Part shown: piece by piece, positions 31,885 through 42,627 of the stretch
Layout: every line of letters begins with the position of its first letter
Numbering within the stretch: position 1 is the first letter of the stretch
From: Uliginosibacterium sp.
GTDB taxonomy: Bacteria; Pseudomonadota; Gammaproteobacteria; Burkholderiales; Rhodocyclaceae
Assembly: GCA_016718265.1 (NCBI GenBank)
Contig: JADKDZ010000007.1
Span: forward strand, 197,622 to 261,621
Direction of reading: 5' to 3'
DNA length: 64,000 nucleotides
Program-made: the position numbers and the translations under genes
Notes under the pieces: model-generated
The model's input: the letters and a program-made list of their open reading frames with translations, nothing else
The model's database searches: none
Told to the model about the DNA's origin: nothing

Positions 31885-33000
31885 TTAATCATCCCGCAGC
31901 CCGTAGGCGCGAAAACTGTGCGCCACCACGCACGCATCGGAATATAGGGTTACAACAGTCTTTCTAGCGGATTGCCCCAAGAGCCTTGCCAGATGCGGGT
32001 CTTCAAGCACGCGCTGAATGGCCGCCGCCAGCGCCGCCGCATCGCCCGGCGGCACGAGGAAGCCGTTTTCGCCATTCACCACCAGCTCGCGCGACCCCGC
32101 CACATCCGTGCCCACCATCGGCTTGCCGCAGGCCGCGCCTTCCAGCAAGGCGCGCGGCATGCCTTCGCCCTGGGTGCTGGCCAGCACCACCACGTCGGCC
32201 GATTGCGTGAGCGCCAGCACATCGCTGCGCTGGCCGAGGAATTCTACCGCCCCTTCCGCCTGCCATTCGGCCAGTTGCGCCGCGGCGATGCATTCCGGAT
32301 TGCCGGGATCGGGCGCGCCGGCGAGCAGAAAGCGCGCATCCGGCAGCGCCCCACGCACGATGCGCGCCGCTGCCACGTATTCCGCGATGCCCTTGGAGGC
32401 CAGCAGCCGCCCCATCATCAGCACCACGCGACCGGGCACATGGTCCACTGGCGGCGCGAACAAGGCCGTATCGATACCATCCCCCGGCACCACGCGCGCA
32501 TTGGCGTGGCGCAAGACGCCGAAATCGGCCAGCGTCTTCAGATTGTCTTGATTCTGAAACAGCACCTGGCTGCCGCGCAGCGCAAAACGATACAGCGCCA
32601 GCACCACCGGCCGGATCAGTCGCGCCTTGGGCGTATCCGCCAGCATCGCGAAGCCCAGCCCGGTGATCGAATTCACCACCCGCGCCACGCCCGCCAGCCG
32701 CGCCGCAAACGAGCCATAAATCACGCACTTGATCGTGAAGTGATGCACCACGTCTGGCCGGATCTCGCGATACAGCCGCCACAGGCGCCAGATCGTCAGC
32801 AGCTCGGCGAGCGGATTGATGCCACTGCGCGACACCGCAAACGGTCGCCAGTCAAAGCCCTCGTCGCGCAGGCGCTGGGCGAACTCCCCTGGCGGACTCA
32901 GCAACACCAGCTCATGCCCGGCCGCGCGCAAGGCGCGGGCAAGCGCGCGCTTGAAGTTGAAGAGGAACCAGTCGGTGTTGGCGAAGAGGAGAATGCGCAT
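31885..33000 (-). CDS. Glycosyltransferase (GT4/GT1-like)
   Basis: 371 aa, MRILLFANTDWFLFNFKRAL..., C-terminal GEGMPRALLEGAACGKPMV. First gene of the three-gene minus-strand operon. Confidence 0.85.
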   Translation of the reverse strand: MRILLFANTDWFLFNFKRALARALRAAGHELVLLSPPGEFAQRLRDEGFDWRPFAVSRSGINPLAELLTIWRLWRLYREIRPDVVHHFTIKCVIYGSFAARLAGVARVVNSITGLGFAMLADTPKARLIRPVVLALYRFALRGSQVLFQNQDNLKTLADFGVLRHANARVVPGDGIDTALFAPPVDHVPGRVVLMMGRLLASKGIAEYVAAARIVRGALPDARFLLAGAPDPGNPECIAAAQLAEWQAEGAVEFLGQRSDVLALTQSADVVVLASTQGEGMPRALLEGAACGKPMVGTDVAGSRELVVNGENGFLVPPGDAAALAAAIQRVLEDPHLARLLGQSARKTVVTLYSDACVVAHSFRAYGLRDD

Positions 33001-33218
33001 CAGGGAGAACGGCTCGGGGCGAACAGATCGCGAAGCTTGGCGCGTCCCGACGCCATGCCAGCAGGGCCCCGGATGTTACCGCGAGATGGGCGGCTCACCA
33101 CCACAGTGCCGTCACGGCGGCACGAAATCTTCGCCCTGCTTGACGCACGCGGCCATCCGGCCGCGCCATGCAAAAAGGGGCTTTCGCCCCTTTTTAGAAC
33201 CTGCACTGACCGCCCGAC

Positions 33219-33443
33219 TCAGCTACCGCGCTCGTACACGATCTGCTTGCTGCCCGCCTCGCAGCTACCGACCACTTTCTTGCCGCTGGCCTCGCCCGCA
33301 GGAACGACCTCCAGCGTGAACTGTTTCACGCCATGGCCCTGGATCTTTGCTTCAATTTCTGCCTTCAGCTCATCGCATGACTTGGCGGCATGGGCCGGGC
33401 CCGCCAGCACCATGACGCAGACTGCCACCCATACTGCTCGCAT
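33219..33443 (-). CDS. DUF1161-like small periplasmic protein
   Basis: About 74 aa from MRAVWVAV. Signal peptide, then CDELKAEIEAKIQGHGV...VVGSCEAGSKQIVY (two-Cys pattern). Family recalled from memory. Confidence 0.7.
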   Translation of the reverse strand: MRAVWVAVCVMVLAGPAHAAKSCDELKAEIEAKIQGHGVKQFTLEVVPAGEASGKKVVGSCEAGSKQIVYERGS

Positions 33444-33536
33444 TGTCGCCCCCTCGCACACACAGATGCCACATGGCAAATCGAGTGTAGGCCTGTGCTT
33501 TGGTACCTGCGATACCGACCAAGGGGCATTTCTTCA

Positions 33537-34250
33537 TCAACGCAACACCAGGCCAGACACCCAGTTGGCGTAAAGTTGCCGGGTGACCTGGCGCATGGCC
33601 CCCAGCTTTTGCTCAAGCTGGGCGTACTGGCTCGCGGGCGGCTGAACAGAAGCGGGCAAGCGCTCTGCCTGTGCAAATTCACTTGACCAGTCACGGTTCC
33701 AGTCATGAATCATGGCTTCGGTCATCTCGACGTGGCCCTGCATGGCCAGATGCGGCCCGAGCACGAAGGCCTGATTCGCACAGGCGTCATTCGTCATGAT
33801 CCGCTCGGCGCCAGGGGGCAGCGAAAATGTCTCGCCATGCCATTGATAGACCGGAAAACGCGTCGCCCCTCCCAGCCAGTGCCGGGCCGCCGGCGTAGGC
33901 GTCGCAAATACCTCGCTCCAGCCGATTTCCTTGCAGGGATTCCGGCGCACCTCGCCGCCAAGCGCCTTCGACATCAGTTGCCCGCCAAGACAGTGGCCGA
34001 TCACGGGAACGCCCGCTGCGACGGCCTGGCGAATCAAGGCAAGCTCTGGCTTGATCCAGGGCAGCGGGTCATTCACGCTCATCGGCCCCCCCATGAAGCA
34101 CAGTCCGCCAAACGCGAGCGGCGAGGCGGGAATCGACGCGCCTTCATCGACCGCGACAAGCTCCCATGGGATGGCAAGCTCATCGAGGTATTCAGTGAAA
34201 TGGCCGGGGCTCACCTGGGGCGCATGACGAAAGACGGCAACGGGCTTCAT
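33537..34250 (-). CDS. Class I glutamine amidotransferase-like protein
   Basis: 237 aa from MKPVAVFRH. Nucleophile elbow IGHCLGGQ. The 376-aa ORF in the track has a 5' extension without support. Confidence 0.85.
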   Translation of the reverse strand: MKPVAVFRHAPQVSPGHFTEYLDELAIPWELVAVDEGASIPASPLAFGGLCFMGGPMSVNDPLPWIKPELALIRQAVAAGVPVIGHCLGGQLMSKALGGEVRRNPCKEIGWSEVFATPTPAARHWLGGATRFPVYQWHGETFSLPPGAERIMTNDACANQAFVLGPHLAMQGHVEMTEAMIHDWNRDWSSEFAQAERLPASVQPPASQYAQLEQKLGAMRQVTRQLYANWVSGLVLR

Positions 34251-34388
34251 GAGGTGTGTGTGTGCAGGAAGATATGGACGCCAGCCCCAAGCACAACCCG
34301 AGCCAGCCCGCCCCTGCCGGCGGCGCGACGCAGCCGCGCCCTGCATTATTCGGGCAGCACTGACAGCCTGACACCGTGACGGCGTATC

Positions 34389-35021
34389 ATGGCCGCCCTG
34401 GATTGCATCACTGAAATGGACCCCGTCATGACCCTGTCTCCCTCCCCGATCTCTGTGCCGTTTACGGATGACGAGCTTGACGAACTGGCTGATTTTCTCG
34501 ATTCGGATCTGGTGCCGACCGAAGCGATGGATATCTCCATGCTGCATGGCTTCCTGACTGCCCTGGCACTGAGCCCGGAGCCCGCCGCAACCGAAACGTG
34601 GTACCCCATGATCTGGGGCGAAGATGACGCGGCGCCGGAATTCAGTTCCGCGACACAGCAAGCCCATGTGGAATCACTCGTGCAGCGGCTTTTCGCCCAG
34701 ATAGCCAACACCATCGACCAATCCCTGCCCAGTTTCGAGCCCGTGCTCTATGTGGATGACGCCGACAAGCTGGACGTTGCGCGCCCCTGGTGCTTCGGTT
34801 TCTCGCAGGGCGTCTGGCTCCAGGAGGAAGCCTGGGCGCCCTTGTTCGAAGACGACACGCTGGGCGCCTTGCTCGACCCGATACTCGACTGTGCCGACGA
34901 CGAGGCGCGCGCGGCCCTCGAGAAAGCCGGCGAGGATCTGACAGCGTGGGAACACGAGGTCGCCGCAGCCCTGCCAGACATCGTGGCGGAGATCCAGACT
35001 TTCTTGCACCGCAAATCCTGA
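34389..35021 (+). CDS. UPF0149 / YecA-family protein
   Basis: Acidic protein of about 200 aa with MLHGFLTALALSPEP...WYPMIWG...WCFGFSQG typical of the family. The start could instead be 34428. Confidence 0.7.
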   Translation: MAALDCITEMDPVMTLSPSPISVPFTDDELDELADFLDSDLVPTEAMDISMLHGFLTALALSPEPAATETWYPMIWGEDDAAPEFSSATQQAHVESLVQRLFAQIANTIDQSLPSFEPVLYVDDADKLDVARPWCFGFSQGVWLQEEAWAPLFEDDTLGALLDPILDCADDEARAALEKAGEDLTAWEHEVAAALPDIVAEIQTFLHRKS

Positions 35022-35163
35022 ACCGGGGCCCGGCAGCCGCAAACGGGGGGATTGGCGGGAGCGGCGATACTTTCTATATTGCAGTGCACAACACCTGAAA
35101 GCGGCCGCGGGCCTTCGCGGCGATTGTTGCACCCGGCTGCCGGGTGTCTCTGAGGATGCGGCC

Positions 35164-37872
35164 ATGGAAGACAAGCATTACCTTTCTCCGCTGTTCGAGC
35201 CACGCAGCGTCGCCATCATCGGCGCCACCGAGCGCGAGGGTGCGCTAGGCTCGATCCTTGTCCGCAACATGCTTGGCGCGGCATTCCGGGGCCGACTGTA
35301 TGCGGTGAATCCGAAGTACGCGCGCGTTCAGGATCTGCCCTGCTTTGCGAAGATAGCCGACGTCCCCGAGAAGATTGATCTCGCCATCATTGCCACCCCG
35401 GCGAGCCAGACGCCTGAGCTTGTCGAGGCGTGTGGCGCAGCCGGCGTCAAATGCGCAGTCGTGGTCTCAACCGGCTTCAGCGAAAGTGGTGCGGACGGCA
35501 CCTATCTGGAACTGCAATTGATCCGGAGTGCGCAGAAGTACGGCTTGCGGATTCTCGGGCCAAACAGTCTTGGCCTTGCGCGACCCTTGGCCGGGCTCAA
35601 CGCTACCCTGGCAGAAGGGCTCGCCCTGCCCGGCTCGATCGGCTTCGTCTCCCAGTCGGGAGCCTTGTGCGCCGCCGTGCTGGACTATGCCCGTGCCAAT
35701 CGCCTCGGTTTCTCCAGCGTCGTATCGCTGGGTGTATCGGCCGACCTCGATTTTGGCGAGATCCTCGACTATCTGGCCTCGGACTACCGCACCGATGCCA
35801 TCCTCGTGCACGTGGAAGGAATCCGCGATGCGCGGCGGTTTGTCAGCTCGCTGCGCGCGGCAGCACGCGCCAAGCCGGTGATGGTTCTCAAGGTCGGGCA
35901 CCACCCCCTGGCGTCGCGCGCTGCACATGCGCATACGGGCTCGATCACCGGAGACGACGCGGTTTTCGAGGCCGTGTTCCGGCGCTCTGGCGCCGTGCGT
36001 CTGGACTCGCTGACCCAGCTCTACAGCAACCTCAAAGGTCTGTTCCTCCACGTCCGCCCGCGCGGCAACCGCCTCGCCATCATCACCAATGGCGGCGGCC
36101 CCGGCGTGATGGCCGCCGACCGGGCGGGCGACCTCGACATTCCCCTGGCGCAGCTCTCGCCTCAGACCATCAGCCGTCTGGGCGCAGTACTTCCGCCACA
36201 CTGGCCGCGCGAGAATCCGATTGATCTGGTCGGCGAGTCCAACCCCGACCGCTACTCCGAGGCCCTGCAGATCGTGCTGGCCGATGAAGGCGTCGACGGT
36301 GTGGTATGCCTGCTCTCGCCGCTGGCCAATAGCCACCCCGACGAGGTCGCGAAACGCATCGTCGCGCTCCGCGCCTACAGCGAGAAACCGATCCTGACTT
36401 GCTGGCTGGGCGACGATCTTTGCCGCGCGGCCCGCGAGACTTTCGTGTCGGCCAATATCCCCACCTTGCGCACCCCGGAGAGCGCGGTCGATGTGTTCTC
36501 GCACATCAGCGCCTACTACCGGAACCAGCAGCTACTCTCGCAGGTTCCCGCGCCACTGGGCGATGAACGCCCACCGCAGGTGATCGCAGCGCGCCACATC
36601 ATTGACCAGGCTTTGCAGGAGCGGCGCACCACGCTCATGCGCCACGAAGCGCTGGCCGTGCTGGCGGCCTTCCACATTCCGGTGGTCGAAGCCCGTGTGG
36701 TGCACGACAGCAAGGAAACCGTTGAGACTGCGATGGAGATGGGCTTCCCCGTCTCCATCCGGCCGAACGCGCCGCTGCCGGAATCACGCGCACAATTCAC
36801 GGGCGGCCGCGACAATCTCGCCAGTTCGGTCGCCTTGCACTTGGCCTGTGAGGAGCTGCGCGCAGAGATCGGCCGGATCATGCCTGCCGCACTGGCGGCC
36901 GGCCTGTGCATTGAGCCCTATGCGCGAACACCTTACACGCGGGAGCTGACGCTGCGCGCATGGCGCGACCCGGTATTCGGCCCGGTGATCGGCTTCGGCG
37001 AACGCAGCCTGGACCCCGGTTACTGGCCGGATCGCGCCATTGCGCTGCCGCCGCTCAACAGTTTTCTGGCGCGCGACCTGATGCGTCACACGCGCGCGCA
37101 CAAGCTGCTCTGCGCAATGGATGGCCTGCCGGCAGCCAACATCGATGCGGTCGAGAGCCTTCTGTTGCGTTTTTCTGAACTGCTCTGCGAGTTGCCCTGG
37201 CTGCGCGCCGTCGAAATCAATCCCTTGTATGCAGATGAACGTGGCGCACTGGTCGCCGACGCTCGCATCGAGATCGGCCAGACTGCTGCCACAGCCGGTC
37301 GTTACGAGCACATGGCCATCCACCCCTACCCGGCCGACCTGATGAGCCGCTGGACACTCGCGGACGGACGCCCGGTCACCATTCGCCCGATCAAGCCGGA
37401 AGACGCGGCCCTGAAGCAGAATTTTGTCCGCGCCCTGTCGCCAGAGACCCGCTATCTGCGCTACATGAGCGCGATACGCGAACTGTCGCCCTCGCTTCTG
37501 GCAAAACTCACGCAGATCGACTACCACCGGGAGATCGCCCTGATCGCAGTGACAGAAGCCGATGGCAACGCGCCAGCGCAGATGCTGGGCGTCTGCCGTT
37601 ACGCGACCAACCCGGATGGCACGAGCTGCGAATTCGGTATCGTGATAGCCGAGAGCTGCCAGCGCTGCGGCCTGGGTACGCAGATGATGCACGCGCTGAC
37701 GACGATAGCGCAGCAGCGCGGGCTCTCCACCATGCGCGGGATTTTTCTGGCCAGCAACGATCACATGCTGCGTTTTGTTGAAAGGCTCGGCTTCACGCTG
37801 AGTAACGACGCGGAAGATCCGACCGTGAAGCATGGCGTGCTGCGCCTTGCCAAGACGAGCGAAACCGCCTGA
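35164..37872 (+). CDS. pat: Protein lysine acetyltransferase Pat-type (ADP-forming acyl-CoA synthetase-like region plus C-terminal GNAT)
   Basis: 902 aa. N-terminus YLSPLFEPRSVAIIGATEREG (CoA-binding) and C-terminal GNAT motif (QRCGLGTQMMHAL). Confidence 0.9.
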   Translation: MEDKHYLSPLFEPRSVAIIGATEREGALGSILVRNMLGAAFRGRLYAVNPKYARVQDLPCFAKIADVPEKIDLAIIATPASQTPELVEACGAAGVKCAVVVSTGFSESGADGTYLELQLIRSAQKYGLRILGPNSLGLARPLAGLNATLAEGLALPGSIGFVSQSGALCAAVLDYARANRLGFSSVVSLGVSADLDFGEILDYLASDYRTDAILVHVEGIRDARRFVSSLRAAARAKPVMVLKVGHHPLASRAAHAHTGSITGDDAVFEAVFRRSGAVRLDSLTQLYSNLKGLFLHVRPRGNRLAIITNGGGPGVMAADRAGDLDIPLAQLSPQTISRLGAVLPPHWPRENPIDLVGESNPDRYSEALQIVLADEGVDGVVCLLSPLANSHPDEVAKRIVALRAYSEKPILTCWLGDDLCRAARETFVSANIPTLRTPESAVDVFSHISAYYRNQQLLSQVPAPLGDERPPQVIAARHIIDQALQERRTTLMRHEALAVLAAFHIPVVEARVVHDSKETVETAMEMGFPVSIRPNAPLPESRAQFTGGRDNLASSVALHLACEELRAEIGRIMPAALAAGLCIEPYARTPYTRELTLRAWRDPVFGPVIGFGERSLDPGYWPDRAIALPPLNSFLARDLMRHTRAHKLLCAMDGLPAANIDAVESLLLRFSELLCELPWLRAVEINPLYADERGALVADARIEIGQTAATAGRYEHMAIHPYPADLMSRWTLADGRPVTIRPIKPEDAALKQNFVRALSPETRYLRYMSAIRELSPSLLAKLTQIDYHREIALIAVTEADGNAPAQMLGVCRYATNPDGTSCEFGIVIAESCQRCGLGTQMMHALTTIAQQRGLSTMRGIFLASNDHMLRFVERLGFTLSNDAEDPTVKHGVLRLAKTSETA

Positions 37873-37913
37873 GAATCCGCCACAACCCCTGACCGATAAA
37901 GCACCCGACAGCC

Positions 37914-38222
37914 ATGCCTTCCCTGCCCGTCCAGATTGTGACCCTCGCTGAAGCCCTGCCGGAGTTCCGCGATGAGGTTTTCTCGGTGCTGAGCGAACTC
38001 GCGGAGTTGTGCCGACAGGAAGAAGGCTGCCTGCGTTTTGACCTCTATTGCGATGCGGCCAACCCGAACAAGCTCAACACGATCGAACTGTGGGAAAGCC
38101 TGGAAGCGCACAACCGTCACCTGAATTCCACGCACGTCGGCCGAGGTGTGCTGATCCTGATCGGCAAGGTCAAAGGTCTGCCCGACATCAGGATTCTCAA
38201 GCCGCTCAATGAGCTGACATGA
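37914..38222 (+). CDS. Antibiotic-biosynthesis-monooxygenase (ABM) family protein
   Basis: 102 aa. Ferredoxin-like ABM pattern (CLRFDLY...ELWESLEAHNRHLNSTH). The stop overlaps the tag start. Confidence 0.75.
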   Translation: MPSLPVQIVTLAEALPEFRDEVFSVLSELAELCRQEEGCLRFDLYCDAANPNKLNTIELWESLEAHNRHLNSTHVGRGVLILIGKVKGLPDIRILKPLNELT

Positions 38223-38824
38223 TGGAGGCGGAACTTCGACGTTGTGCCTGGCTGGGCACCTGGGCAGGCGCGGCGGACCCGGTCTACCGTCGTTATCATG
38301 ATGAAGAATGGGGCATCCCGTGCCGGGATGAGCGCCAGCTTTTCGAGATGCTGCTGCTGGAGGGTGCGCAGGCCGGACTCTCGTGGATCACCGTCCTGAA
38401 GAAGCGCGACAACTATCGTCAGGCATTTTCCAATTTTGATTCTGATGCCATAGCGGCCTACACGGAAGCAGACGTACAACGCCTGATTGCCAACCCCGGC
38501 ATCATCCGGAACCAGGCCAAGATTCGCGCCTTCATCGGCAATGCGAAAGCATGGAACGCACTGCGCGCACGCGAAGATGCTGTTGCCTGGCTCTGGCAGT
38601 TCGTCGGCGGCAGTCCCGTTCAGAATCAATGGCAAACCATCGCCGAGGTACCGGCTTCAACGCCGGCCTCCGACGCCATGGCGCATGCGCTGAAAAAGCT
38701 CGGCTTCCGCTTTGCGGGCACCACCATCTGCTACGCTTTCATGCAGGCTACCGGCATGGTCAACGACCACACCACCGACTGCTACCGCCATGCTGCGCTG
38801 CTGCATGCCTCGGGCGGTACCTGA
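38219..38824 (+). CDS. tag: DNA-3-methyladenine glycosylase I
   Basis: 201 aa. Motifs YHDEEWGIP, LLLEGAQAGLSWITVLKKR and C-terminal zinc-ligand region HTTDCYRH. Confidence 0.9.
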   Translation: MMEAELRRCAWLGTWAGAADPVYRRYHDEEWGIPCRDERQLFEMLLLEGAQAGLSWITVLKKRDNYRQAFSNFDSDAIAAYTEADVQRLIANPGIIRNQAKIRAFIGNAKAWNALRAREDAVAWLWQFVGGSPVQNQWQTIAEVPASTPASDAMAHALKKLGFRFAGTTICYAFMQATGMVNDHTTDCYRHAALLHASGGT

Positions 38825-38858
38825 CACCATCAATTTTCATTCACCAGACTGTATTGAC

Positions 38859-39710
38859 ATGCCCCAAGCTCTTGCTGAAGACACCCTGTACCGCAACGCA
38901 CCGGCCATTTTGCTCCGGGCCCCTGATGGCGCTACGGCGACAGTCCTGCTGCACGGCGGGCACGTTGTGTCCTGGACCCCGGCGGGTGGTCAGGAAAGGC
39001 TCTACATGTCGGAGTTGGCGCAAGTCACGCCCGGCAAGGCCATGCGCGGAGGCGTACCGGTGATTTTTCCGCAGTTCTCTGACCGCGGCCCCCTGCCCAA
39101 GCACGGCTTCGCCCGCACCCTGGTCTGGGAGAAAACCGCGGCACGAACGGGTGACGACTACGCCATGGCCTCGCTCTGTCTGAAGGACAGCGAAGCCACG
39201 CGCGCCATCTGGCCGCACGCCTTCACGCTGGAGCTCTCGGTCGGCGTAACCAGCCACCGGCTGGACCTCGAACTCGAAGTCTGCAATCTCGGTGATTCCG
39301 CATTGAGTTTTACGACCGCCCTGCACACCTATCTGAAGGTGAAGGAAGTCGAAGAAGTCCAGCTGGAAGGGCTGAACGGGCACATGTATACCGATTGCAT
39401 GAAAAACAAGGTTCAACGGACCGATACCGGCGTTTTTCTCGCCATCGACCAGGAAACCGATCGTGTCTATCACGACGTCAAGCGCCCGCTGCTGATGCGC
39501 GAGAGCCACAGCGCCCTGGGGATCAACGCTGAGAACATGCCTGACGTGATCGTGTGGAATCCGTGGGAAACCGGCATCAAGAATTTTAGCGACATGCCGC
39601 CTAAAGATTTCCGCCGCATGCTCTGCATTGAAGCAGGTGCGGTAGAAACCCCGGTCACGCTTGAACCCGGTGCAAGCTGGTGGGGACGGCAGACACTGGT
39701 CGCGATGTGA
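38859..39710 (+). CDS. yeaD: D-hexose-6-phosphate mutarotase (aldose 1-epimerase family, YeaD-like)
   Basis: 283 aa from MPQALAED. Motifs GGVPVIFPQFSDRGPLPKHGFAR and CIEAG. Confidence 0.85.
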   Translation: MPQALAEDTLYRNAPAILLRAPDGATATVLLHGGHVVSWTPAGGQERLYMSELAQVTPGKAMRGGVPVIFPQFSDRGPLPKHGFARTLVWEKTAARTGDDYAMASLCLKDSEATRAIWPHAFTLELSVGVTSHRLDLELEVCNLGDSALSFTTALHTYLKVKEVEEVQLEGLNGHMYTDCMKNKVQRTDTGVFLAIDQETDRVYHDVKRPLLMRESHSALGINAENMPDVIVWNPWETGIKNFSDMPPKDFRRMLCIEAGAVETPVTLEPGASWWGRQTLVAM

Positions 39711-40191
39711 CACGCGACACCGCAGAATGTGAGCACGCGAGCGTGCTCGCTCGCACGCGAGATCGTGCGCCAGGCGCGGTCTCCCGATCCGCGCACGATG
39801 CCTTCCAGCTCACGATAAATGTGCAGGGCTGAAAGCCGCCTTCTGGCGTGCATTCGTGACGGTTGAACCCCACGGACATTCATTTTCGCCCTGCCACTCG
39901 ACAACATGCGGGGAAGACATGTTGTGCACCGCACTCGTCTACACAACTATCAATGAATTAACAACAACTTAATAAGACTTAAATAATGATGCAGTGCACC
40001 TTCACATTCCTTTATCCGAGCATCCGAACATTCGATTCGGCAAGGAACGAAGCACCTACTAGCATTACGGTCAAGCTAGTTGCAGACGGCGAATCGGTGG
40101 TCTAGCGCTGCGAAATTCCCGAGTAAATTCATAGGGTAAGCAGTCGCCGAGATACAACTTCCGTTAGAAATCAAGTCAGGTTCAAATAAAC

Positions 40192-40205
40192 TTGATCTGG
40201 CTCAA
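40192..40205 (+). promoter_or_regulatory. Candidate FNR/CRP-family box of a class II promoter for pflB
   Basis: TTGATCTGGCTCAA versus consensus TTGAT-N4-ATCAA (9/10). GATAAT at 40229-40234 puts the box centre about 42-44 nt upstream of the predicted start. Lies in an AT-rich region 130 nt upstream of the pflB ATG. Confidence 0.5.
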
Positions 40206-40333
40206 GAATATGACGATTATTAGCCTAGGATAATGCCACACTACTGATTTGCTTGCCTTGTGCGGCGGGCAGCGAAACGTGGCCTTAACAAGGCGCTACA
40301 GAATTCAGACAACACCCATTACAGGAGGCTTTA

Positions 40334-42595
40334 ATGTCAGAACGCGACAATCTCTCCCTCGACAGTGCGGTAGCGCATGCCTGGCGCGGTTTCAAACCCG
40401 GTGCCTGGCAGCAGTCCATTGACCTGCGCAGCTTCATCCAGGCCAACGTCACCTCCTACGACGGTGACGACACTTTCCTGTCGGGCGCAACGGCCCGCAC
40501 GACCGGCATCTGGGCCAAGCTCTCCGAACTGTTTGTCAAAGAGCGTGAGAAGGGTGTTCTCGACGTATCGCAGATCCCGACGTCCATTACAGCGCACGAT
40601 GCTGGCTATATCGACAAAGACAACGAAATCATCGTTGGCCTGCAGACCGATGCCCCGCTCAAGCGCGCCATTTTCCCCAATGGCGGTTGGCGCATGGTGG
40701 AAACCAGCCTGAAGGCGTTCGGTTTCCCGGTTGAGGAGAAGAATCGCGAGATTTTCACGAAGTACCGCAAGACCCACAACGACGGCGTTTTCGATGCCTA
40801 CCCGGAAGATGTGCGCAAGGCGCGCTCTTCCCACATTGTGACCGGTCTGCCGGATGCGTACGGTCGTGGTCGAATCATCGGTGACTATCGTCGTGTGGCC
40901 CTCTACGGCGTCGACAAGCTGATGGAAGCCAAGGCGGCGGAAAAGCGCAGTCTGGACAACGCACATTCGACCGACGAAATCATTCGCGACCGCGAAGAAC
41001 TGTCAGAACAGTACAAATCCCTCAAAGAACTCAAGATCATGGCCGCCAAGTACGGCTTTGATATCTCCAAGCCGGCTTCGACCGCCAAGGAAGCCGTGCA
41101 GTGGCTGTATTTCGGCTACCTCGCTGCGGTGAAGGAACAAAACGGCGCCGCCATGTCGCTGGGCCGTACCTCGACCTTCCTCGATGCGTATTTCGAGCGC
41201 GACCAGCAAGAGGGCACGCTGACTGAAGCGCAAGCCCAGGAAATCATTGACGATTTCGTGATCAAGCTCCGGATCGTTCGCTTCCTGCGCACGCCGGAAT
41301 ACGACGCGCTGTTCTCTGGCGACCCGACCTGGGTGACGGAGTCCCTCGGCGGCGTCTCCGAAGATGGCCGTTCGCTGGTCACCAAGACCAGCTTCCGTTA
41401 CCTGAATACCCTTTACACGCTGGGACCGGCACCGGAACCCAACATGACGGTGTTCTGGTCGCCCAAGCTGCCCGAAGGCTTCAAGAAGTTCTGCTCCAAG
41501 GTTTCCATCGACACTTCTTCGGTTCAGTATGAATCCGACGAACTGATGCGCCCGGCCTGGGGTGACGACACTGCGATCGCGTGCTGCGTGTCCGCCATGC
41601 GCGTGGGCAAGCAGATGCAACTCTTTGGCGCTCGTGTAAACCTCGCCAAGTGCATGCTGTACGCAATCAACGGCGGTCGCGACGAAGTCTCGGGCGATCA
41701 GGTCATGCCGGCGTTTGATCCGGTCAAGACTGAATACCTCGAATTCGACGATGTGATGGCCAAGTTTGACATCGCGATGGAATGGCTGGCCCGTACGTAT
41801 GTGAATGCCATGAACTGCATCCACTACATGCACGACAAGTACGCCTACGAGCGTATTGAAATGGCGCTGCATGACTACAACCCGCTGCGCACCATGGCCT
41901 TCGGTATTGCCGGTCTGTCCGTCGTGGCGGATTCGCTGTCTGCCATCAAGTACGCCAAGGTCAAGGTAGTGCGTGACGACAAGGGCCTGATCACCGATTA
42001 CGTCACCGACGGCGATTTCCCGACATTCGGCAACAACGATGATCGTGTCGACCAGTTCGGTACCTGGCTGGCTGAAACCTTCATGAACAAGCTGCGCAAG
42101 CACCGCACCTACCGTGACGCGCTGCACACCCAGTCTGTGCTGACCATCACCTCCAACGTGGTGTACGGCAAGGCCACGGGCAATACGCCGGACGGCCGTC
42201 GTGCGGGCGAACCGTTTGCACCGGGTGCCAACCCGATGCACGGTCGCGACAAGCTGGGCTTCATCGCTTCGGCCATGTCTGTTGCCAAGATCCCGTACAA
42301 GGATTGCCAGGACGGTATCTCCCTGACGTCTTCGATCGTTCCGAGTGGTCTGGGCGCTACCCGCAGCGACCAGGTGACCAACCTGGCCCGCTCGCTGGAT
42401 GGCTTCTTCGGCACCACGGGTTTCCACGTCAATATCAACGTGCTGAACCGCGATACGCTGATCGATGCCATGGAAAAGCCGGAAAAGTATCCGCAACTCA
42501 CGATTCGCGTCTCAGGTTACGCGGTGAACTTCATCAAGCTCACCAAGGAACAGCAAATGGACGTGATCAACCGGACCTTCCACGGCGAAGTGTGA
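40334..42595 (+). CDS. pflB: Formate C-acetyltransferase (pyruvate formate-lyase)
   Basis: 753 aa. Active-site CC context ([13 protein letters not shown]) and C-terminal glycyl-radical motif RVSGYAVNF. Confidence 0.97.
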   Translation: MSERDNLSLDSAVAHAWRGFKPGAWQQSIDLRSFIQANVTSYDGDDTFLSGATARTTGIWAKLSELFVKEREKGVLDVSQIPTSITAHDAGYIDKDNEIIVGLQTDAPLKRAIFPNGGWRMVETSLKAFGFPVEEKNREIFTKYRKTHNDGVFDAYPEDVRKARSSHIVTGLPDAYGRGRIIGDYRRVALYGVDKLMEAKAAEKRSLDNAHSTDEIIRDREELSEQYKSLKELKIMAAKYGFDISKPASTAKEAVQWLYFGYLAAVKEQNGAAMSLGRTSTFLDAYFERDQQEGTLTEAQAQEIIDDFVIKLRIVRFLRTPEYDALFSGDPTWVTESLGGVSEDGRSLVTKTSFRYLNTLYTLGPAPEPNMTVFWSPKLPEGFKKFCSKVSIDTSSVQYESDELMRPAWGDDTAIACCVSAMRVGKQMQLFGARVNLAKCMLYAINGGRDEVSGDQVMPAFDPVKTEYLEFDDVMAKFDIAMEWLARTYVNAMNCIHYMHDKYAYERIEMALHDYNPLRTMAFGIAGLSVVADSLSAIKYAKVKVVRDDKGLITDYVTDGDFPTFGNNDDRVDQFGTWLAETFMNKLRKHRTYRDALHTQSVLTITSNVVYGKATGNTPDGRRAGEPFAPGANPMHGRDKLGFIASAMSVAKIPYKDCQDGISLTSSIVPSGLGATRSDQVTNLARSLDGFFGTTGFHVNINVLNRDTLIDAMEKPEKYPQLTIRVSGYAVNFIKLTKEQQMDVINRTFHGEV

Positions 42596-42600
42596 TCCCC

Positions 42601-42627
42601 AAGCGCCTCGCTTGAGACGAGGCGCTT
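42601..42627 (+). terminator. Hairpin after pflB (no T-run)
   Basis: AAGCGCCTCG CTTGAGA CGAGGCGCTT, a perfect 10-bp stem 6 nt after the stop. Confidence 0.45.

Noticed and set aside
39761-39798. Hairpin ATCGTGCGC...GCGCACGAT after yeaD, resembling the AGATCGTG...CACGATCT hairpin at 59951-59972; considered as a second IS91-type end.
   Set aside because: The shared part is only about 7-8 nt and the loops and flanks are unrelated. It is more simply a yeaD terminator-like structure.
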